From: a virus
Lineage: Duplodnaviria; Caudoviricetes
Direction: 5' to 3' (one strand)
DNA length: 54,309 nt
Virus record (IMG/VR): IMGVR_UViG_3300002446_000376
Coordinates: 1 to 54,309 of that record
The stretch's first letter is position 1. Each line of letters begins with the position of its first letter. A model generated the notes under the pieces. The model did no database searches, had not been told where the DNA came from, and was given only the letters and a program-made list of their open reading frames with translations. Below, piece after piece: positions 47,250 through 54,309 of the stretch. The position numbers and the translations under genes are program-made.

Positions 47250-48245
47250 ATGCAGATTTTACAAGCCCCGTTAGAAGACTATATTTTTGGGGAACTTACA
47301 TATTTTAGTGCGGATGAAGAAGCAGGACAAACAATTTTATCAGTAACCGACCCTACTGGATTTTCGGCTAATAAATATGTTGTTTTGGGTGTGATTGGAA
47401 ATGAAAATTCTGAAATATGTCAAGTTGCGTCTACTTCAACTAATTCAATTACATTAGCCGTTGCCACTACAAAAAAACATTATAAAGACGAACCAATTCA
47501 AGTAATAAGATATAATCAAAGAAAATTTTATAGAAGCACGACTGAAACTGGAACATTTTCACATCTTTCATCGGAAGGCTCGCCAGTAAATATAAAAATT
47601 GACAATCCGCAAGGAACTATCTTGGAAGACACTACAGGAACTTCTACTTCTTGGTATAAAGCTACTTATTATAATTCTACTACTTTATCGGAAACTTCGT
47701 TAGATGACGCTGTCGCAGTTCAGGCGGGCGACGCAGACCATTATGTTTCATTATATAAAATTTTAGCCGAAGCAGGATTACAAAACAATCCTTATCTATC
47801 AACTGAAATTGTTGATAGATATAGAAATGAAGCCGAAGCGGAAGTAGAGGGAAGTTTGATTACTAAATATTTATTACCATTACCTAAAACTTCAAGGATT
47901 TTACAAAAAATAATTATTTTATCGGCAGCGGGCAATCTGTTATCGCAAGAATATGGGGTTGAAGCAAATATAGAAATATCTAAATCAGGTGAAAGAAAAA
48001 TTAAAAGAGCCGAAGAATTGATTGATAGAATTTTAGAAGGAAAAATAACTCTTATTGATACTGATGGTTCAGAGTTATCAAAACAAGGAACTTCTACTGT
48101 AAGATGTTCTAATACATACGATGGCGAAACATCCGACCTCGGCGAAATGTTTAACATTGGAGAAGAACAATTTAAGATGACAGATCCTCTATATCCAACT
48201 ACTGATTCATATAGAAATAGTGATGATAATGTAAGCGGATTTTAA
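47250..48245 (+). CDS. head-tail adaptor (Mu gp36/DUF1320-like C-domain) with extra N-terminal beta domain
   Basis: AEAEVEGSL..KYLLPL..AEELIDRILEGKITL; position. Confidence 0.7.
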   Translation: MQILQAPLEDYIFGELTYFSADEEAGQTILSVTDPTGFSANKYVVLGVIGNENSEICQVASTSTNSITLAVATTKKHYKDEPIQVIRYNQRKFYRSTTETGTFSHLSSEGSPVNIKIDNPQGTILEDTTGTSTSWYKATYYNSTTLSETSLDDAVAVQAGDADHYVSLYKILAEAGLQNNPYLSTEIVDRYRNEAEAEVEGSLITKYLLPLPKTSRILQKIIILSAAGNLLSQEYGVEANIEISKSGERKIKRAEELIDRILEGKITLIDTDGSELSKQGTSTVRCSNTYDGETSDLGEMFNIGEEQFKMTDPLYPTTDSYRNSDDNVSGF

Positions 48246-48246
48246 T

Positions 48247-48744
48247 ATGAGCACTAAAATAAATATAAATGTTGAAGGAATTGATAATGTTAACAACGCA
48301 TTAAAAGGAATACGAAATGAATTAAAAGATTTTTCAATACCGTTAATAAAATCTGGAGATTATTACATTCAGGAAATATCTCAAAATTTTGATGAAAGAG
48401 GCGGACGATTTGGCGAAGTTTGGTCGCCGTTGTCTGATAGACGTTTAAAAGAAAAGTTTAATCTTTATACAGAAGGAAAAGCGATAGCGATAGCAAAACC
48501 ACTTATTTGCACTGGTTGGCTCCAAAATAGTTTCAACTGGTTATTACGAAATAAAGCAAGTATGGATATAAAAAGTGACGCACCTTATGCGGAATTGATG
48601 CACAGCGGGGGAATGAACAGTGAGGGAAAAATGGTTCCTGCAAGAACAATTACGAAAGTAGATGACGCAAGGGAAACAAAAGTAAATAATATTTTTGCGG
48701 AATGGTTAAGAAATAAAATAAATCAATATATTTATCAAAAATGA
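48247..48744 (+). CDS. virion morphogenesis protein (Mu gpG-like)
   Basis: NFDERG..WSPLS..LICTG.LQNS..PYA..H.GG..VPAR. Confidence 0.8.
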   Translation: MSTKININVEGIDNVNNALKGIRNELKDFSIPLIKSGDYYIQEISQNFDERGGRFGEVWSPLSDRRLKEKFNLYTEGKAIAIAKPLICTGWLQNSFNWLLRNKASMDIKSDAPYAELMHSGGMNSEGKMVPARTITKVDDARETKVNNIFAEWLRNKINQYIYQK

Positions 48745-49208
48745 AAACAACGATACAACTTCTAAAAGACCTGCTATCAGTAGGTTTGAAGGGCTTAATC
48801 AAATATATTTATATTGGAGACCCTACTGCAATTCCTGCAAGTTGTTTGCCTGCTCTTATTTTAAATCCAGTAAGAACTAATATATCTCTTTTGGATAGTG
48901 CCAGAGATAATAATACTTACAATATCAGTATATCACTTGTAATAGACGCTCGTCAATATTTAAATGCTACGCCAGATAAAATGATAGGAACTGATTTTCT
49001 AATGGAAACAATGGAAGGAGAAGATTCGGCGGGAGCGTTAAATGTTAAAACTATTTTAAGTCTTATCAGAAAGAATTTAAATTTAGGAACTAATAGAAGA
49101 ATATCTAATGATATGTCAATAGATTATACGGTAAGAAAAAGGACTGATGATTTAATAACATTGGAAGTAGTTGCCAACATTGAAGTTGCACACTTTACAA
49201 CACGATAA
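48741..49208 (+). CDS. tail terminator/completion protein
   Basis: Size, position, IYIGDP..LPALIL. Confidence 0.6.
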   Translation: MKTTIQLLKDLLSVGLKGLIKYIYIGDPTAIPASCLPALILNPVRTNISLLDSARDNNTYNISISLVIDARQYLNATPDKMIGTDFLMETMEGEDSAGALNVKTILSLIRKNLNLGTNRRISNDMSIDYTVRKRTDDLITLEVVANIEVAHFTTR

Positions 49209-49209
49209 A

Positions 49210-49407
49210 ATGTCTGAGTTTAGATGTTCGAAATGCCATAACTTGTTGTTTAAATATAGGCTGGTCGGCGACCGAGTTGAAATACAAAGTAAATGTTTTA
49301 AAGATAATACTTTTAATACTTTTACTGTGTATTTACCTATAAATAAAGACATAAAAAACAATGAAAAAAATAATAAACAAAAGTCAGAATGGACTTCTGT
49401 TCCCTAA
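49210..49407 (+). CDS. Com-like zinc-ribbon regulator
   Basis: MSEFRCSKCHNLLFK..VEIQSKCFKDNTFN. Confidence 0.65.
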   Translation: MSEFRCSKCHNLLFKYRLVGDRVEIQSKCFKDNTFNTFTVYLPINKDIKNNEKNNKQKSEWTSVP

Positions 49408-49624
49408 ATTTGATTTGTATGTTGGTGCGAACCAAATAAAAATTGTTACTGATGATGTTTTCAGTGAAGTTATTACAAATTCTAATATAGAGGAATATAT
49501 AGAAGTCGAAAAAGTAGAAATTAAAGAAGAAGTTAAAAAAGAAATAAAAGAAAATGTTATAGAAAAAAGGTCGAAAAAAAGAATAACATTAGAAGATATT
49601 TCTGAAAAAGAAATAAAATTATAA
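49361..49624 (+). CDS. hypothetical protein
   Basis: ORF with charged tail, before tail tube. Confidence 0.65.
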   Translation: MKKIINKSQNGLLFPKFDLYVGANQIKIVTDDVFSEVITNSNIEEYIEVEKVEIKEEVKKEIKENVIEKRSKKRITLEDISEKEIKL

Positions 49625-49628
49625 AAAT

Positions 49629-50627
49629 ATGTCAATTAAAGCTGGAAATACTCCTTATATGGGAGTCGGAATAGAAACAGTAGCCGGAACTGGCGTGAAA
49701 GCTAGTAAATGGATACCTTATGTTAGTTGCACTTTAATGGCTAAACAAGAGCCGTTATTTGATGAATCAGCAAAAGGTGTTCGTGATAAAAACTATGCTT
49801 CGTCTGTCGGCAAAACAAGTGGAAGTGGTGATGTTGAAATATATTTGGACGCTGAAAACGCTATGTATTTCTTATATCCTGCTTTGGGAGAAAAAACTAC
49901 CACAACTGCGTCTGGAGAAACTGCTGTATGGGAGCATACTTTAACAAGAAAATCAGCGAACCCTCCTAAGACTGTAACCATTGTTTATAATGATACAGTT
50001 GATACGAGAAAATACACTTATGGTGTTGTAAATTCGTTTGATTTGAATGTTGTTGATGGATTAGCAACTTTATCTGCTAATATTTTAACAAAATTCCCGA
50101 CTACTGCAACTGGAACTTTAGCATTAACTACCGAAAGGATTATGTCTTTCAAAGACTATTCTATCAAGTTCGGAAGTGGTGCGACTGGAACGGCGGCGTT
50201 ATCGGCAGCGGCAAGTGCAAATGCTACTCCCGTTAGTAGTTTTAGTTTGAAATATAACAATAACGCAGAAATGCAGTTTATGAGTGGAAGCGGAAGCCCT
50301 GCTTATATATCAATGGGAGCATTGGAAGTTAGTGGCGAATATGTGATATTTTATGAAAATTCAAACGAAAGGAGTTTTTATGAAACAATGCTTTACGGTA
50401 GCGACCCTGTTCGTGCGATGATTGTTACATTTACAGGTGACGATATTGGTGAGGCAGAACACGAAGAAATTCAGATTAAGATTCCGAATTTCAAATTGAG
50501 TGATAAAGGATTAGACGCGGCAATATCTGGATTTATAACAGAAAATCCTCAGTTTATTGCAATGTATGACCCAACTGAAGCGAAGACTATTGAAATTAAG
50601 GTTACCAATACCACTGAAAGTTATTAA
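49629..50627 (+). CDS. tail tube (major tail) protein
   Basis: MGVGIETVAGT..SGDVE..WEHTLTR..EVSGEY; position; no sheath gene seen. Confidence 0.8.
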   Translation: MSIKAGNTPYMGVGIETVAGTGVKASKWIPYVSCTLMAKQEPLFDESAKGVRDKNYASSVGKTSGSGDVEIYLDAENAMYFLYPALGEKTTTTASGETAVWEHTLTRKSANPPKTVTIVYNDTVDTRKYTYGVVNSFDLNVVDGLATLSANILTKFPTTATGTLALTTERIMSFKDYSIKFGSGATGTAALSAAASANATPVSSFSLKYNNNAEMQFMSGSGSPAYISMGALEVSGEYVIFYENSNERSFYETMLYGSDPVRAMIVTFTGDDIGEAEHEEIQIKIPNFKLSDKGLDAAISGFITENPQFIAMYDPTEAKTIEIKVTNTTESY

Positions 50628-50718
50628 AGTTAATTATTAAAATTAACTGAGACAGGCGATTATGATAATCGGGGGCAATGCCCTAATGTCCAACTCGTTT
50701 TCTCGGTTTGCAAATAAA

Positions 50719-51030
50719 ATGAAATTATTAGACCCAAGAAAGATTATAAAAGTTAGTTTGCCTTCTTTTGAAAATGTTGAAGTTGATTTATACGACAGTC
50801 TTTTGACTGAACAATTAGGTGAAATTGGCAGTGATTTAACCGATTATGAAAGAGGAATAAGAACCCTCCAATTTTTGATTAAATCGTGGCCGTTCACTGA
50901 CGATAAAGAACAACCTTTAACAATTACAAAAGAAAATCTTGGCAAGTTGCCTGTTAAAGATTTCACGGCAATGATGGAAGCAGTTACAAAATCAATGGAT
51001 TTTTTAGGAAAAGAAAAAACGAAGAAATAA
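50719..51030 (+). CDS. tail assembly chaperone (gpG-like)
   Basis: IKSWPFTD...LTITKENLGKLP; probable start 50719. Confidence 0.8.
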   Translation: MKLLDPRKIIKVSLPSFENVEVDLYDSLLTEQLGEIGSDLTDYERGIRTLQFLIKSWPFTDDKEQPLTITKENLGKLPVKDFTAMMEAVTKSMDFLGKEKTKK

Positions 51031-51236
51031 AGAAAGTTATCGTATCTTTCAGTTCTGGAAGAATTAAATCAGAATTATTGAGTGATTTTTATATATATAA
51101 ATCATTTTGGAAAAATTTAGGAATGAAACCAGACGATGTTAAAAAACTTCCATTTGATAAATATGAAGCTTTAGCAGATATATTTAATCTTGAGAATCAA
51201 CATCAAGAAAGACAAATGAAAAAAAATGGCAAATAA
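51000..51236 (+). CDS. -1 frameshift extension (gpGT-like)
   Basis: Slippery T TTT TTA at 51000-51006; -1 frame open to TAA 51234-51236 (..LGMKPDDVKKLP..). Confidence 0.8.
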   Translation, partial: FFRKRKNEEIKKVIVSFSSGRIKSELLSDFYIYKSFWKNLGMKPDDVKKLPFDKYEALADIFNLENQHQERQMKKNGK

Positions 51237-54129
51237 TGAGATAAATATCAATATAAAAGCTACTGATAACGCAACTCCTACTATAAAAATAGTAGAAGAC
51301 GCTATCACAAATCTTGGTAAAAACGCCAATGTTTCTTTTTCTGTCTCTGGTATAGAAAATATAAACAAACAAATAGCAAAAGGATTTTCTTCTAAAATAG
51401 ATATAATAGATGTTGATACTTTAGAAAAAACAAAAGAAACTCTTAGTTCTTTTACTGAAAAATTTAGTAAGCAACCACTTAAAATAATAGATGTTGATAA
51501 TCTTGCAGTAACTGAAAAATTATCAAATTCAATTTCAAATTTAAAAAGTAATGCTACTTCAAATTTATCTGCTATAACCAGCAATGCTACAAATAGTTTT
51601 GATAAAGTAAGTAAAAAATCTAAAGAAGTTTCTTCTAATATAGATAATATCGGAAGCCGTTTGCGTTATTTGTCGTTGGTTATGAGCGTTGCTTTTGCGG
51701 GCGGAATTGTTATGTTGCAAAAGTTTATTTCGTCTGCAAAAGAAGCAGAAACCGCTGAAATGAAGTTAATGGTGGCGGCACAAACAACTGGAGAATCTTA
51801 TGAAAAATTATCAAGCGACGCACAAAAATTAGTTTCTGCGACAGGTGGAATGTTAAATTTAGCGGATGCTAGTGAAACTTTAAGCAATGCACAAATGGCA
51901 TTGGGAGATAGTGAAAAATCATATTTGTGGGCACTTAGAATGGTTGATACCGCAATGGTCAAGAAACAAAATGCAACTGACAGTAGTGCAGAAGCGGTTA
52001 AAAAAGCATCCATTGGGTTATTAACATACAGGGAAGTAATGTATGATTCTGCTGGTGCTGAAATAAGATTCAAAGAAGCAGAAAAAGAATTTGCCAAAGA
52101 ATTTAATAATGGAAATAAAAATTTAACAGAAAGGCAGAAAAGGTTGGCATTATATAATGCAACAATGAAACAAACGGAGCAATACTCTGGTATGGCTTCA
52201 CTTGCCTCAACTACATTTAGCGGTTCGCTTACAAAAATGAACGCTAATGTAAAAATGATGCAAACAAATTTAGGTAATGCAATTACTCCTTTGTTTGGAA
52301 CATTGGCATTAGCGGTTGATTCTACTGCTTCAAAAATATCAAATTTTTCCAGAGAACATTCAGGATTGACAATGGCAATCATAGCTGGTGCTATTGCAAC
52401 TACCGGATTTGTTACAGTAGTTGCTGGGGCTGGTGCATTAGTTGAAATGTTGTCCTCTTCCATAGGAAGTTTAGGAAAGATGTTCACTTTTATATTGAAT
52501 CCAGCAATTCTTAAAACAATAATACAATTAGGAATTTTGATTGGTGTTATTGGCGGATTAACATACGCTTGGCTTAAATTAACTAATAGATGGGATATTT
52601 GGAAAAATAAGTTAACCGTGTTAGGTCAAAAAATAAAAAATTCAATAGATGCTTTCAAAGAATCCGCAGAAACAGCAGATGACACTGCAAAAAAATTACA
52701 AAAATCAATAGATAATCTTCAAACAGCAATAAATGATGCAACTGCTGATTTTAATCAACAAATGTCGGAATGGGTGGTCAGTCATGATAAAAATATTTCA
52801 AAATTAAAAAGTCAGATAAGGGATTTAAAAAATGAATATTCTGATAATATAAAAGAAATAAAAGATGATTGGAATGACGCAATGGATGATTTAACATTAT
52901 CGCACGCCAGAAAAACAGAAGATTTACAAGAGCAAATAGATGAAGAGGTTTCAAAAGGAATTTGGGCAGATCAAACCAAAATAAAACAACTTAAAAAAGA
53001 ATTAGCTCGTGAAAACGAGGATTATGCTTTGGCACAAGCAGAAAAAACAACAACAAAAGAAGATCAATTATTAGAAGAAACAAAACAATATGACGAAAAA
53101 TTAAAAGATTATGAAAGACAATTAAAAGAAGAAGAAGCATTGGAAGCAAAACATTCTGCCATAATATCAAAATATAGAATTCAGCCATATTTAGATGAGG
53201 TTGAAAAAATGTTGCAAAACAGAAGTCGCCAATTAAGAGATCAAGCAGAACAAATAGAAAGTATTAAGGAAATGTATGGTTCTGAAAAAAATGCTATTGG
53301 CGGTGTTTCTGAAGCTCTTAATGGGTTGGGGGACTTATCTACTGAAGTTGGGGAATTACAAGTTAGGTCTTTGAGAGAAGGTATTGAAGAATGGTGGAAT
53401 AGTTTAGATACTATAAATAAAGTTGCTGCTGGTATTATTGGCATAGGAACTGCTTTACTTGGAGTTGCTGCTTTTATTTCATTAGGAGGAAAAGTTTATA
53501 ATGCTTTTGCTGGATTTTTTCTTTCTCTAGGAATAGGAAATGCGGCAGTTGGATTTTCGGCGGTTGCAACAAAGGTATCTCTTTTAACCAAAGCAGTAGG
53601 TATTTTGATGGCAACAATATCTACTCCAGTAGCTGTTGTTATTTTAACAGCCGCTGCTTTAACTGCTATAGGTTTGATAGCAAGTGAGTGGAATAAATTA
53701 AAAAATGAAATGGAGGATGCTCAAGAGTCCGCAACAAGAGCTTCTCAAATGACATATGAAGCGACTAATAAGTGGCAACAAAAATTTGAAAATGGGGAAA
53801 TATCTTATAGTGAACTTCAAAAACGTCTAAAAACATTAGGAACTAATAATTGGTCTAATACTGGAACTTCATCATATAATCCTTTTCAAGCATCAGGAGG
53901 ACCGATTATTGAAAATCGCCCTTATATAGTCGGAGAAGAAGGACCAGAATTGTTTATTCCAAATTCAAATGGTTATATTGCTTCAAATGATAAATTAGGA
54001 GGAATGACTATAACTAATAATATATCTATAAACAATCCTTCAGTACGAAGCGACGCTGATATTAAATCCATTGCCCAAGCAGTTAAAGATGTTATTTCAA
54101 GGGAATTATCTCTCAAAAAATTTGCATAA
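51226..54129 (+). CDS. tape measure protein
   Basis: INIKATDNAT start, helical and hydrophobic segments, ASGGP..YIVGEEGPELFIP. Confidence 0.92.
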   Translation: MANNEININIKATDNATPTIKIVEDAITNLGKNANVSFSVSGIENINKQIAKGFSSKIDIIDVDTLEKTKETLSSFTEKFSKQPLKIIDVDNLAVTEKLSNSISNLKSNATSNLSAITSNATNSFDKVSKKSKEVSSNIDNIGSRLRYLSLVMSVAFAGGIVMLQKFISSAKEAETAEMKLMVAAQTTGESYEKLSSDAQKLVSATGGMLNLADASETLSNAQMALGDSEKSYLWALRMVDTAMVKKQNATDSSAEAVKKASIGLLTYREVMYDSAGAEIRFKEAEKEFAKEFNNGNKNLTERQKRLALYNATMKQTEQYSGMASLASTTFSGSLTKMNANVKMMQTNLGNAITPLFGTLALAVDSTASKISNFSREHSGLTMAIIAGAIATTGFVTVVAGAGALVEMLSSSIGSLGKMFTFILNPAILKTIIQLGILIGVIGGLTYAWLKLTNRWDIWKNKLTVLGQKIKNSIDAFKESAETADDTAKKLQKSIDNLQTAINDATADFNQQMSEWVVSHDKNISKLKSQIRDLKNEYSDNIKEIKDDWNDAMDDLTLSHARKTEDLQEQIDEEVSKGIWADQTKIKQLKKELARENEDYALAQAEKTTTKEDQLLEETKQYDEKLKDYERQLKEEEALEAKHSAIISKYRIQPYLDEVEKMLQNRSRQLRDQAEQIESIKEMYGSEKNAIGGVSEALNGLGDLSTEVGELQVRSLREGIEEWWNSLDTINKVAAGIIGIGTALLGVAAFISLGGKVYNAFAGFFLSLGIGNAAVGFSAVATKVSLLTKAVGILMATISTPVAVVILTAAALTAIGLIASEWNKLKNEMEDAQESATRASQMTYEATNKWQQKFENGEISYSELQKRLKTLGTNNWSNTGTSSYNPFQASGGPIIENRPYIVGEEGPELFIPNSNGYIASNDKLGGMTITNNISINNPSVRSDADIKSIAQAVKDVISRELSLKKFA

Positions 54130-54135
54130 AAATAT

Positions 54136-54309
54136 ATGGCAAAAGAAATTTCTATAAATGGTTTGAATATTCAAGATACTAATTATATTACAGAAAATAT
54201 AACATATAGGTCAAATCCTTCAAAAACATTAAATACATTTCAAAAAAGTAGAAATGATGGTTTTGTTTTGCAAAGCCAGTATTATACGGAAAAAAGCATA
54301 TCTGTTAGT
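54136..54309 (+). CDS. distal tail protein, partial
   Basis: MAKEISINGLNIQDTNYITE.. directly after tape measure, runs off window. Confidence 0.6.
   Translation, partial: MAKEISINGLNIQDTNYITENITYRSNPSKTLNTFQKSRNDGFVLQSQYYTEKSISVS

Noticed and set aside
51798-52487. 229-aa antisense ORF in tape measure, and similar antisense ORFs elsewhere
   Set aside because: Shadow ORFs with no motifs or expression signals.
1-54309. Stop-codon reassignment
   Set aside because: Conserved genes are full length in the standard code, and TAA, TAG and TGA all end genes.

Overview
An AT-rich (about 30% GC by eye) segment of a tailed-phage genome read with the standard genetic code; Shine-Dalgarno sites are mostly absent. 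Left to right: (i) leftward small early-type genes and a noncoding control region (1-3.9 kb); (ii) rightward small ORFs, two promoter-driven structured or tRNA-like RNAs and a degenerate tRNA(CAT) (4-8 kb); (iii) four DNA methyltransferases and an intein-containing class III ribonucleotide reductase, heavily invaded by homing endonucleases (8-16 kb); (iv) a lysis module; (v) a Mu-like head module (portal, double protease/scaffold, cement, gpT-like capsid); (vi) a ~17.6 kb glycan-building island inside the head module, ending in a ppGalNAc-T-like transferase and a 1210-aa protein with a ~570-residue Ser-rich mucin-like stalk; (vii) neck and non-contractile tail genes with a -1 frameshift chaperone and tape measure. 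Strongest leads: a phage-encoded mucin-type O-glycosylation system with its likely substrate, and an HNH gene overprinted inside a C5 methyltransferase whose own frame stays open. A Parcubacteria/CPR-like anaerobic host is an inference only. No terminase, integrase or polymerase is visible. All family assignments come from motifs recognised by eye, not from database searches.
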